63,937 nucleotides of DNA, filler included, from Perkinsus olseni (GCA_013115125.1; 57 parts of 57 records of this genome joined end to end with filler, not necessarily neighbours in it); one strand, 5' to 3'. Shown: positions 11,462 through 23,952, counted from the first letter of the whole stretch. The notes: generated by a model from the sequence alone, not told the origin. Translations and numbers: made by a program.

Positions 11462-11839
11462 ATCACGTACTCTCTGAGACACTTGGAACCAAACGGTATT
11501 TACCGCATTTACATTCACGAGAAGTCTTCTTTTACTCACGGTTGTAAGTCCACTGGTGATGTCTATGACCCCTTCTACAGTGGCCCCAAATACGGCAATC
11601 CTGAAACCAAAGCCGTTGGTGACATTGGTTACGTCGAAGCTGATGCTGACGGTTTTGCAGAGGGTGTGCTCGACAGCGAGCATGTGATGTTAGAGGGCCC
11701 GTACTCTGTCCTCCGTCGTTCAGTCGTGCTGCACAATAACTCCGACGGAAAGGACGATGGCAAGTACGACTACCTGGCTTGCGCCTGGATTAGGCCTGAG
11801 TTTCGTTCATCATTAAGGCGACACACGAATGGTGTTTGA
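11462..11839 (+). CDS. Cu/Zn superoxide dismutase-fold protein lacking most metal ligands (5' truncated)
   Basis: Motifs YIHE, GCKSTGDVYDP, VGDIG, LEGPYSVLRRSVVLH and LAC occur in SOD1 order and spacing. Confidence 0.85.
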   Translation: MTYSLRHLEPNGIYRIYIHEKSSFTHGCKSTGDVYDPFYSGPKYGNPETKAVGDIGYVEADADGFAEGVLDSEHVMLEGPYSVLRRSVVLHNNSDGKDDGKYDYLACAWIRPEFRSSLRRHTNGV

Positions 11840-12600
11840 AGGTGATCAACTCTTAAGTCCACTCTAAGTCGAGTGGCACAGTGCCACTGGCACCCCTAAT
11901 TTCATTTATTACCAAGGGATTCCGGTCCCTGATAGAACTTGTGAGAACTTCTATCAACCTATTGCTTTAGCCTGAAGCCTTCAGGTAATCGTTGGGAACG
12001 ATTCGTTACCTCAATACCCAGTAGTTTTTCGTTGTAAATCTGAAAGAGATCTACTCTCCGTTACTCGACGATTGACCTGTGGGGACTTGGTGTACTGCTA
12101 GAGGAATTATTACATCAAATACAGGAAGCTATCCAAAATAAGACGCGCCCAAGGAGTTATTCCTGTAGTTTCGGTTATACTTCACCATTACCCGCGCAAG
12201 TTTGACAAGCAGCGAGCAGACAAGCATGACAACACTGTTGAATCTAAGAATGACAGTGGAAATTCAAGAATGTCAAATGTGATATCTGTGGATCTCTGAG
12301 TCAGGGAGCTAAGCGATCTGTTTCGATCCGTCATGAATCGTCCGTGAGACTCTCTGGTGCCAGGGCGAGGTGATTGGTGCTCTTCTGGAGCGATTTGCAA
12401 GCAGGTCAAGGTCTCCATAGATTCGAGGGCTGCCACTCATCCGAGTAATCCAGTTCACAGTTATTCAGTTGCCATGCATTTATGTGGTTGCGCAGTTGTC
12501 NNNNNNNNNNNNNNNNNNNNNNNNNNNNNNNNNNNNNNNNNNNNTTAATTAATTAANNNNNNNNNNNNNNNNNNNNNNNNNNNNNNNNNNNNNNNNNNNN

Positions 12601-13513
12601 TACCACCAGTATCCTTCATCTGGTTCACCAACTTCGTAATAGATCCCACCATAGCATTCTGAGAGGCCGTAAAGGTATCGATAAGCTTGGACACATGATC
12701 GTCGGCCGCAGTACCACCCAAAGCTATACCAGCTGCCGCAGGACCACCAGACTTAGCAGGAGCTCGTTCCTTAAAATCCTCGAAGATCTCGCATACCTCT
12801 TGAATAGTCTTGGGCTCCCTACGACGGAGTACGGACTTGGCTCCATCGGGGGCGTTAGCAATCATCCGATCCATTATCATCTTGTCCATGTGAGTGGAAG
12901 AGAGCTTATGGTCAGCCGGTAGGGTCTTGTTATAGTTAGTCATGTAACGGCGTAACATAGTAAGGAAAGATACCACCCGCGTAGACCTATCCCAAGTCAG
13001 CGAATTGAACTTGTCCAAAATCTCATCGGGCCGAACCAAAGCAAACATATCCAACAACGCCTTACGATGAGCCTCGAAATCGGTCTTGGAACAATGCTGA
13101 TGCCGAACCTCAAAGTAAGTACCACGCAAGTAGTTTCCCAAACGCTCAGCCATCTGACTCATAGTCCAGCCAGAACCTCTAGCGTCCGCTTCGTAACGCC
13201 TTAACCAGTCCTCAAAATCAGCGATCCCATCATATCGTTCAGGCATAGGAGACTGAACGATCAGTACGACCGTAGAAGACGGGCTAGAAACTCCAAGAGC
13301 ATCAGGAGAAGCAGAAGAAGTCGCCGTACCAGAACCATAACCACAAGCTCGAGCGGCTTGCACTACCTCATTATGAGCAGTTGCGCTCTCCCGGGCCGAA
13401 GTACGGGCCCTTTCCGCCAAATCTTCAGAAGCACCATTAACAATAAACTCATCATAAGCCGTGTTGCCAGCAAGAGTCACATCCTTCTCGATAAACTGAA
13501 ACTCTCCAGGCAT
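12601..13513 (-). mobile_element. LTR retrotransposon Gag (3' truncated)
   Basis: Gag capsid-like segments PERYDGIADFEDWLRRYE, AERLGNYLRG and FNSLTW. A PBS-like site lies just upstream. Confidence 0.75.
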
Positions 13514-13549
13514 AGTAACGATATAATGGAGCACAAGTCGTTGAACAAG

Positions 13550-13561
13550 GAGCTGCTACCA
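13550..13561 (-). promoter_or_regulatory. Putative primer-binding site (initiator tRNA-Met type)
   Basis: The minus strand reads ...TTGACA-TCTAAT-TGGTAGCAGCTC about 40 nt upstream of the gag ATG. TGGTAGCAG is complementary to the CUGCUACCA 3' end of many eukaryotic initiator tRNAs. Confidence 0.5.
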
Positions 13562-13741
13562 ATTAGATGTCAAGGTATGAACGCAAGTTTGATAGACTTG
13601 TCGCTACGTAATAACCCAACTTATAGATAACGCAATCCAANNNNNNNNNNNNNNNNNNNNNNNNNNNNNNNNNNNNNNNNNNNNTTAATTAATTAANNNN
13701 NNNNNNNNNNNNNNNNNNNNNNNNNNNNNNNNNNNNNNNNT

Positions 13742-14780
13742 ACTAACGGTGCTTCGTCCCTCGTTGGTCATGATTCTGTTCAACCTGATGGTAGTTCTAA
13801 TACTCCACATTCTGCTAGTGGAGTTCTATCGGTAACACGTTCAAGGCCCCCTAGTCAAACTCCAATGTTCGGCTCTAGTCCACTCGGTCATGATCAAAGA
13901 CATAGTCCTGGCAGTACTGTGCCTATCGGTGATTCTACACATCACCATGAGATCACTAAGAACAAGACTCTAATCGGCCCTATCCATGTTGGAACTGTGT
14001 TTATGACTAGTACTCCGAGGACTCCTTCTAACAAGGCCAACAAGGAGACCTCTGATAAATCCTCTTCCAAGATTGGTCGACTACTCCCGAAGGATTCTAA
14101 AAGCTCCTCCGAGTCTAGCACTAACAAGAATTCGAAGTCCCCTGGTGATCCACCAGCTTCAACTGGTGATTCTACTCTCGAAGGTGGATCAAGGGGTGAT
14201 TCTCAAGATTTTCCTCAAGGTGGTTCCTCACCCACTAATAAGGCTAGCCTATCTACAGTTGATCCGTCACTGACTACGGGTGAGGATCAAGGTGATTTGT
14301 CGAAGACGGTTATCAAGCTTCCGCAAGGAGCTGCTAACTTCAACTGGAAAATGGTTCAGGGCGCCGAAGGGCAGCTAACTCTAGTCCCCTTCTCAGTTGC
14401 TATGTCCTCTACTTCTGTAGTTTCGCCTTCTCCAGCGACTATCCCTTTGGTCGACGACACAAGCAAGATCCTTGCTGATCGTGGTTCTACTTCTCCGAAG
14501 CGCGGTTCATCTAGGCACCCTAGCCTAGACAGGTCTACCCATGGTAGTCAAGAACCTCCACCACGTGCTCTCAGCGCTTCTCAGCGCGATTCTAGTCCCT
14601 CAAAGGGACACTCGTCGAGATCCTCCAAGACTAACAAGTCTACTCGACACGGCCATCGTCATCGACACCATTCTCATCGTCGACCCTCTAGGTCTACCAG
14701 CTCGTCGGGCACTCCTACTAGTTCTCGTCACGCTAGACGCTCTCACAAGCGTCACTCTTCAAGGTCGTCTACACCATCTC
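13742..14780 (+). CDS. Ser/Arg/His-rich low-complexity ORF, function unknown (partial at both ends)
   Basis: An intron-free frame is open across the whole contig with no recognisable domain. It may be a retroelement ORF1. Confidence 0.55.
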
Positions 14781-16018
14781 NNNNNNNNNNNNNNNNNNNN
14801 NNNNNNNNNNNNNNNNNNNNNNNNTTAATTAATTAANNNNNNNNNNNNNNNNNNNNNNNNNNNNNNNNNNNNNNNNNNNNGTCCACCGGGCTGCCCGGTC
14901 CACGCGGCGTGTGGAGCACACTCGCCGTACTTAGCTCGCCGGGACACATCAGAGGGCCGCTAGTCGTATCAAGTTCACTGGGTCATATCAGAAGGTCGAT
15001 TGAGGAACTTGGTTCACCGGTCCACCACAGAGGGTCTGTGGTGCCTCTGGTATCCGCACATAGTCCGACTCGTTGGCGTAGGCAACGTATGATACGTTAC
15101 GTATCATGGCTCGAACTCTACCAGCAAAGCAGCGAAGTACGCACCAAACGGCCCAAACCCCGGCTAGCAGCAAAATGATGATAGTCGGCCGGACTGAGCT
15201 GCACATAAAAGAAAACCCGCGACTCCTCTACACGCTCAACCAGTTGGGAGTCGAAAACGACCAATAATATCGACATCCTTAGAATGCTCATCAACTCCAT
15301 CTTCTGGTGCAGCTTGCAGGTGCGTAAGCGTCGGCACTAGCGCCGCAGGCGAGCGCTTGCTTCGTCTCTGTATTTGCACCACTCTACACTGCGCGGGCTT
15401 CGTGTAGTTCGTCATGCAAAATCTTCTGTCCCCCCTATTCTGCATTTGCAGGGAAGGTTCGGTGATACGACGGCGAACAGTACGGCTGTCGTCCTCCGGC
15501 AGTAGCGATCCATCAATCTAAGGGTAGAGCTCGTTACCCCCTCGCTACTTCGTCAGGCGCATCACCGTACAATGGCTTCTTTCGTAATAAAACCGCGTTA
15601 CCCCGCCTCGCGTTGAGTAATCTGTTGAACGTTTGCTGCATCGTCAGCTTGCTTTTTGCTTGCCAAACCCTCATTATTAAAGGCTTTCATCCTTCGGATA
15701 GATTAAAGATAGCTGCCCAGAGTGAATCATCCTGTTAATCATTCAGGATGGATCCATGACAGAATTTCTATCCTCAACGATTCAGAGGACAATGGAGAGG
15801 TTTGTGTATTTTCTGAGAGTCAACAATTGATTGGAGAAGTGATCATGGGTATCGTGATAGGCTTTGATGACCAAATAAGCTCGATGCGTTAATGGCACTT
15901 GGCGAAAGTAGTTGATATNNNNNNNNNNNNNNNNNNNNNNNNNNNNNNNNNNNNNNNNNNNNTTAATTAATTAANNNNNNNNNNNNNNNNNNNNNNNNNN
16001 NNNNNNNNNNNNNNNNNN

Positions 16019-16230
16019 CGGAAAGGAGCTATCAATACCATATCACGAGTAAATTGTAATCTCTCAATGTCGGGCTCCCCGGAGTCAGAGCAATAGAAAT
16101 TGTACGTCTTATTATTGAGAAAATCGCGAACATGTACAGGACCTTTTTTCTTACGAAGGGAAACTTTGGAGTTACACTGAACAGCCACGAGAATGCAGTA
16201 TATACTTGTCACTGACAGCGTCCGACGCAT
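16019..16230 (-). CDS. Hypothetical secreted protein (3' truncated)
   Basis: An ATG followed by the signal-peptide-like MRRTLSVTSIYCILVAVQC; the frame stays open to the contig edge. Confidence 0.45.
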
Positions 16231-16395
16231 GTTTAGATTGCATAGAGTAAAACTGAAATAGTCGATATTCTAACGAGGTGAAGGGAATACGGCGTCGTTA
16301 ATGAGGGCGACAGAGTTATCCGCAGTGCACTGTGGCTCAGATTCTGCACTACAGAGACAGCCACCTCTATTGGTAATAGAAGTGGCTGTCTCTAT

Positions 16396-16575
16396 GGTCT
16401 TTGGCAATAGACTATTGCAGCTGCGTAGCCACACTGCTCCCTGTGCGCCTTTGTTCGCTGTGCGTCCGTTCGTCCCAGTGAACACGTGCGTTCCTCGTCA
16501 TGCTATTGAACAAACGTTGACCTCAACGAGATCAGTATGCTTATACTTTGAGCCCCGTCTCAAATAGCCACACTC
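16396..16575 (+). repeat. Dispersed non-coding repeat, inverted homolog at about 19522-19760
   Basis: Shared blocks TGTGCGCCTTTG, AGTGAACACGTGCGTT.CTCGTCATGCTAT and CTTTGAGCC.CGTCTCAAATAGCCACACT occur in the same order. Confidence 0.85.
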
Positions 16576-17648
16576 AGTGTGGCACGCCGCCAGATCAGGA
16601 GATTACTATAACTCAGTAAAGGTGGCACATCACAGTGGTCATGCAGACTGTGTGCTACCTGAACGCGCGTAGTAGTCACCACTGACCATGCGCCCCGGGC
16701 ACCGGCCACCGTTGAGCGAGCGACGTCCGCTTCGTTATCTGTAGCCACCTTGGCTCGAGAACACAGTGTACGTTCAGTTAAAGCACCTCTCGTGCTATTA
16801 TTGGGTGGCGTCGAGTCGGGAGACCGTTTGGGTACAGAGGATAGCGCACAGAAGGAGCGCACAAAGTCGAGAACGACGTCCCAACGTGCAGCCATCACTG
16901 TTATCACCCATACAGTTTGCGCTGAGGGTTGAAGAATCAGTGCGTCGTTTCTCACGAAATCCAATGTGATAGGAAATGAGTTCGTAGGCGGATTAATACC
17001 TCCTGAACGACTGAGCACGCTTGGTCAAAAGTTGAATCGCACAGGGTTCCGCACANNNNNNNNNNNNNNNNNNNNNNNNNNNNNNNNNNNNNNNNNNNNT
17101 TAATTAATTAANNNNNNNNNNNNNNNNNNNNNNNNNNNNNNNNNNNNNNNNNNNNTAATAGTAAATAGGCATCCCACTCATCATACTTATATCATCACTG
17201 GGCCTATCTCGGACGCACGTCCGACACAGTTGCTTCCCTTGAGGCCTTGTTCCTTAAGGTTGAAGCTTGCGCAGAATCTTGCGCACTTGCTTAATCTTGG
17301 ATTTCCCTAATTGTTCCTTGCTAGGGTTCCGCGACCGCGCTCCTGAACCGTTTCGTATTATTGCTATTCGTTGGAGCGCTCTTACGGTTCCTCCTTGGCG
17401 TTGGAATATAGTTGTACTTGCTCCTCAGCCATTAGTGATGTTAAGGGCTGAAAGGAGGCTCATAGAGCGTAGGGAATTCTAAGGTTGATGGTCATTAGAC
17501 TGTCTTTATCGTTTGAGTATTTGTTCGCTTTTCTGTGAGTTATCGTAGCTATTGAACGGTTAAGGGAGTCAGTTTACGTCTCGGGAATGTCATGGTTGAC
17601 GCTGTTAGCTCGTTGTTACGCTAACGGTTTTTATACCAACGCAATCTT

Positions 17649-18192
17649 ATGTCTCTGGAGTCTGTTGCTGCGAAGGTTCAAGCCGCCAATTGGAACGATC
17701 CTCCTTCTGCTGGGGTTTCCAAGTGTACGTTGGAGAGTGTGGACGCCACTATAGAAGGGATGGATGGCCAAAAGCTGGCCGCTAATATAAGGTCGACGGC
17801 TATGGGCTTATATGTCAGAGCTCTAGGAAGAGATATTAAGGTTAACCAGAAAGTTGGTAATAAGGTTATTGACGGGCTTCGTGAGGAGCTTCTGGTTCCT
17901 GAGGTGGACTTCAATAAGGTTGTTCAAACCTGCGATTTTTCCTGTCCCCTCACTCGTCTCGAAGATGTTACGTACAGTCGTGATTTGGTCATTGGTGTGG
18001 GTCCTCGTGATACTTGGTTTGGTAAGGTTAAGGGGCCCCAGGTGTATAATACCCAAGGGTTGATTCTGGATACTCTTCCGGTTATCAGTTGGGACTTATT
18101 TAATGAGTTTGAAAGTCGTGTTATGGACTTGCCCTTATTGAATACTTTTCATATCGTTCCCGACATCTGGTATAAGATGGAACCACGACTAC
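17649..18192 (+). CDS. Hypothetical intronless ORF (3' truncated), possibly a retroelement ORF1
   Basis: ATG-initiated frame of 181 codons to the contig edge, with T-rich third positions and no motif recognised. Confidence 0.5.
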
Positions 18193-20365
18193 NNNNNNNN
18201 NNNNNNNNNNNNNNNNNNNNNNNNNNNNNNNNNNNNTTAATTAATTAANNNNNNNNNNNNNNNNNNNNNNNNNNNNNNNNNNNNNNNNNNNNATGTCGGC
18301 AGGTTGCTAGTTGAGACTCCCATGGGGATGTCGGACAGGGCTGACCGACAGAGTCAGGGCAAAGCTCCCTCCGTGCCTAATGGCAGACTATCCGAACCTT
18401 GACGTGTCTATCAGCCCAGCCAAACTATTTTCCCAGTGCCTTCGTTGCAGCGCCCCGCTCCTGACTTCTGTAAAGGTCTCTGTGCTGGTGCGGTTGTACT
18501 TCGCGTCAACCGGGGCGAGCCAGGTGAAGCCGCCTGCCCGTAATAGGTCAACTATATACTCGCGGCCCCCCTCAGTTTCTGGGAACACGCGAAGCGCTCA
18601 TTATTTCGGTCGGACTTATGGATCAACCTCACTTTGTCACCATGTATTGTCATTCTCATTTCCTAACGGATGACTCTGAGTCGGAGTTGTCACTGGGAAG
18701 AACCGCACTCGAGTCCCAATTCGTTAAATCATCCAGGTTTCAAGACCACCATCCCGACGTCTGGAGCGCAACAATAACCATCCCGGAGGGCGTCACGGCG
18801 CGTCACGGGTAGCACGCGAGCACATTCTAATCCCTGGCTCACTCAGTGATCTCTTGCCTTCCAGTTCGAGGGGCATGTATGATGGACCGGTCATCGGATC
18901 TGGTTCCTCCGTAGTGGGCTCGGGTTTTGTATCCCATGGAGAGGATTGAATCTTTGGAGTTCGACAGAAAGCGAAGTGTGGTGGAGTTCTCATCTCTTCG
19001 ACATGTCTCGGCATACTCATCTGCACACAGACGCGCAAGGACCAGTCTCTAGTAGCCCCCCACTGTCATGAAGCCGCAAGCATCTACGTTCTGTGAACAG
19101 AAGCTACCGCACACCCATCTCAAATCGTTAAGTTTCATCCCTGTGGTTCCTGTCAGTATCTCCTCGTAGTGGCTTCACGCGTTGTAGAGATCTGACAGGC
19201 CTATTTTCACGCCTGAGACGATTATGACTGCATCAGCCCGCCCCAGTGTGGAGGATGCTCTGGCTGACAAGAGCTTATGTGCAGATGATGCGACCTTATG
19301 TGGGAAGTCCTTCTCCAAGGAACGATNNNNNNNNNNNNNNNNNNNNNNNNNNNNNNNNNNNNNNNNNNNNTTAATTAATTAANNNNNNNNNNNNNNNNNN
19401 NNNNNNNNNNNNNNNNNNNNNNNNNNAAAACTGCAGGGCTTGTTGTTTCACATGCGACATTCACAGCGAGACAGACGACTCTTAAAGAGAAAGCTAATGG
19501 AAGTGCACTATAACTCAGTACAGTGTGGCTATTTGAGACGAGGCTCAAAGAAAGGTAAAACCGGACTCGAGAGGAGTTCGGAAAACTGATCTAGTTGTGG
19601 ATCCAGGGTGAATGTATGTTCCATAGCATGACGAGTAACGCACGTGTTCACTAAGACGAACGTACTTATAACGAGCAAAGGCGCACAAAGAGCAAGTTGG
19701 GTACGTAGCAGCAATGAAAGTAGTTGTCACTATAGTGCAGAAGTCTATGAGGCAAAGACTGCCCAGTCGGGAAGCCAAGCACTCCGCTAAAATAGTTCAA
19801 TGCCACGAGTTCGATTCAGGATAGGTCATCCGAATAACGTCGACACTGATGATGGCCACTGTCTGATAGAGTAGTACTGAATAACAGGCCTGTTGTTCAC
19901 AAGTTGTGTGGGCCTGCTACGTCGCATTGTGCGGCGGGCCGCACAAACTGGCGCGTATGCATTTGTATGGGCTTCATGCCGTTGAGTTCTGGAAATTTCG
20001 AGCTTGGAAATAATTTCCGAGTGATACGCCTGTCCAGCTACCATCAAACCAAGTACGCAGACGGCGACGTCTCTAGGATCCTAGCTCTAGCGCAGTAAAC
20101 TCGAAGACCACTCTCACAGTGAGAGAAAGTTTCTCAAGCGATGGCTTCAATCCGCGTTTCTCAATGCGTGTGCTGTATAACTTCCCGGATTCGTTGAGCG
20201 TGACCGTGGTGGAAAATTTCGAAGCAAACTTACTTCGCTTCTGATAACAACTGGACCGATTCGGCGCGACTCGGTCACCGTTGGCGTAACACGTGAGCAT
20301 TCACGAGCCATCGGGCACAACCCGTTCGAACATCCATTCGGGGACGATCGTGGGCGATATCCAAT

Positions 20366-20459
20366 TGTTAGTAGTAACACCCGCAATGGTTGACTCAACA
20401 ACACCTGGGATGGACATAGGATTGAGTATAATGGGAATTAAAGCTTCTTCTTCTATCCA
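20366..20459 (+). mobile_element. Terminus of a repeated element (probable LTR end); second copy at 61660-61732
   Basis: The sequence is near-identical in both contigs, begins exactly at TG (TGTTAGTAGTAACACCCGCA) and has unrelated upstream flanks. Confidence 0.7.
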
Positions 20460-23400
20460 NNNNNNNNNNNNNNNNNNNNNNNNNNNNNNNNNNNNNNNNN
20501 NNNTTAATTAATTAANNNNNNNNNNNNNNNNNNNNNNNNNNNNNNNNNNNNNNNNNNNNATAGCGACAGCGACAGACTAACGTCGAATACTCGCTCGTTA
20601 CGCCAGTATCTAATATTCTCATCGCTGGTAAATGCGAGTACTTCAATAGTCTCAAAGCGTGACCTTTAATGATATTGATTACGATGTTGATGTTCGTGAT
20701 GTTGTGTGCGCCGACGGAGGAGCGGTTGTTTTGCCGAGTTGAGTATCGATAGCTAGCTCCCCATTATTATCTCACTGATGCGTTGCACCGCTGAGAAGTT
20801 CGGGTAACGATACTGCTTTCACTTGCCAACTTAGCACAGTGAGCGGAGTGAATGTGAACTACGTCACTGGGATGAGCATGAGCATTTCAAAATGGTGACA
20901 AGGCAACCAATTCAGTGCATGAGAACGCCCAGAACAGGACTTCTTGCAGCGTAAAAATGTATAACACGGTATGCCTGATGTTGTAGTTATCAGTGAGAAC
21001 TATACAGTATCACGTACTACAGATTCTGTAGTACACAACCTTACTGTAGCGAACGAGCTGCAGCTACCATTAGCGTTTGGAATCAGGCCGTTTCTTCATC
21101 AGTTGTCTCGCAGGGAATCCCACTGGGTCGTGTACGCTAGGAGGAGAGATAGCAGTTGAGCGGTGCTTTGGCAGAGTAACGCAACGGTGGCGCGAATGAC
21201 GAGGCGAGATGGTTATTATGATCACTACTAACTCTGAACACAAAGCGACTCGAAGATCGAGACCATGAAAAAGGACTACTGCTGAGATAATTATCATGCT
21301 CGTCGAATTTGTAATAGTGGCCTCGCTGCTGTGAAGATATTACTTCATACTACTATAAGAATGTAGAATACAGGCATGTCACAACACAAGGAAAGCATGT
21401 CGAGTTTTAGCGATAGCTGTGTCCAGTTGATGAGTGTTATGATGATGAATCTCCGCCATCACTGCATCCGCTGATACTACGTCTCGTCTGCCAACGGTCT
21501 CTCTGCAGGGGCTGACGAGTGGCGCTGGTATCATCCCGGCGAGCATCACTCCAATCCACAGTATGACGTTGATGATAACGAGAATCCGGAGNNNNNNNNN
21601 NNNNNNNNNNNNNNNNNNNNNNNNNNNNNNNNNNNTTAATTAATTAANNNNNNNNNNNNNNNNNNNNNNNNNNNNNNNNNNNNNNNNNNNNGATGAGGGT
21701 GGAAGTTGACTTCTTGGTGAATGTCATTGGGAACAGAAAAAATGAACTACCGCAAGCGATACTCAATGGCTCGAATCGGCAACAACGAATGCACCCGTAT
21801 TTGATTGAAAACCTGAACAGCCAACCGAAAAAACGCGCAGCGTGGCGGCTGTGACATAAGCTTATATGACACACTCCACACAGTTTCGTGCAGAGAGTGT
21901 CCCTTCCAGCCAAGATGTAGGCTTTGTTGCCCTCGAAATCTCCCCTACGAGGGGACTTCTTTCTCAAAAACTCGGCGCCCGCCCAACGGGGTAGGGAGTC
22001 CCTACTAGGGACAGAGTGTCCCAAATGGCTAGCAACTAGCGTAAGGTAGCATATACCTTCCACATATTCTGGTGTCGAGTCGTCGATCGGCATTTTGGGT
22101 ATCGTGCTGCTCCTCTGCGGTGACGAGTGGGTCGCTCCGACGAACCGATCGGCTTTCGGAGCTCATCTCGCCCTCCACGAATAAACCGAAGTTTCGGGGA
22201 GCTTTTCCTAGACTACTCGAGCATTATTTAGATACTGGTCTTAGTCAATACGGAACACGTTGACATGCAGAGATGGCGTGAAGATGTTTTCTGGCGCCCA
22301 CGCGGCCCTCCAGTTATCGCGGCGCATTGAGTATCGCCAGTGCTGCCATATCAGATCCTCGCGTCAGCCGAGTTTCTCTCTCCCCACGTCTCTGAAGCCA
22401 GAGGTTTCTATGTTGTGGTCGAACTAACCCGAGCAGAGTTTGCTCAGCAAACTTCTGGTTCGAATCGTGGTGGAAGCATTTCTACGTGCGGCTTGTGTCC
22501 ACATGTTATCGCTTACGTATGAAGCTGCATGTTACCTGCATGGGCGGCGCATCTCATCGAATGGTCCGAAGCTTCGACTCTGTCGGCAGCTGTGGCCGAT
22601 CACACCACATACAACCGCTCCAAAGGGTCGCTGCCGGGGCCCAGGCAACATGCTTGCTGTTACTTCGACTCGGTTTGGAGTGAAAACGACACTCTCGTTA
22701 TGAAGGTGTGAAGGGGATGCCTNNNNNNNNNNNNNNNNNNNNNNNNNNNNNNNNNNNNNNNNNNNNTTAATTAATTAANNNNNNNNNNNNNNNNNNNNNN
22801 NNNNNNNNNNNNNNNNNNNNNNCCGTCGAGAACGACCCAGCCACTGTGCTCGTCCTTCTCCAGTATCTCATGATGGTCGCCCAGCCTGTAGCATCGCTTT
22901 CTCACGGTATCGAGAGTGAAGCGTTTAGATGCGCTGGCGTGATGGCTCCACCAGCTTGTCGCACAGCACTGGTGGCATCTAGCACCAACGGCATGAGAAA
23001 GACCAACTGGTCGACGCCTGCCGAGAAGCTCCATGATCTCCCGAGCCATCTCATCCCCAGCGTAGGGCAGGGTAGAAACACGCCGGCGTACAGCTATGAT
23101 ATCTGTGACAAGATTCAACGTGTCGCGGGGCATTCATAAATAAGTAACTTCTCAAGATCGGACAGAGGAGAAACAGAATGCGGCAGCATGTAGAGTCTTC
23201 GACTCTCCCGAGCGGAGCCTCAAGCCTTCCGAATGTTTCAGCGTGCTCACGATTCGCAGCTGTAAGCACTCGATACCGCATCAACGGCTATGAGGCCTGA
23301 ACGACTCAAGAAGACTCCATCGTGCTTCAGTGTAACACTCTCATAAAGCATCAAAGGCTCTACTAAAAATGATTGAAATGACATCCTCCTGCGTAGGCCC

Positions 23401-23952
23401 CAGCTTCATTGATGTGTCAGCCCAACGTCAACGCCAGAGAAGCCGACCACGGATGACTTGCGAGTACAGGCTACTGCGCAGTTGAATTATCGCTCGCCCT
23501 AATATGAGGGCGCCGCCGATGACGATCGAAAAAAGGATTTCCGTAAGATTGGGAACGGCCAAATGCTTTGAAGTGGAACAATACCACAAATAACACAACT
23601 TATTGAAGATCTTGCGGATACCGCTCCTTGCGAACTGCAAGTCGCAGTTCTTCTTTTTCATTCTTAAGCTAATGAACGCTAGCAACCGTCTGCACCGGAT
23701 GGCTCTCAGCAAGAGGCTCGTCTACGTTTTCTGTGGTATATCGTTCGCTTCTGCTTCCTCCGGCAAGTTCTTCTGTGTGGACAAAACCCGCAACGAAATC
23801 ACGAACTGTCCAAACAATGGGTGAGAGAGAGGCGGACAGACCGCGACCCGAGNNNNNNNNNNNNNNNNNNNNNNNNNNNNNNNNNNNNNNNNNNNNTTAA
23901 TTAATTAANNNNNNNNNNNNNNNNNNNNNNNNNNNNNNNNNNNNNNNNNNNN

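Noticed and set aside
14909-15050. Degenerate 39-bp (13-aa) repeats, SSPGHIRG-like
   Set aside because: Only about three poorly conserved units, and the coding strand is ambiguous.
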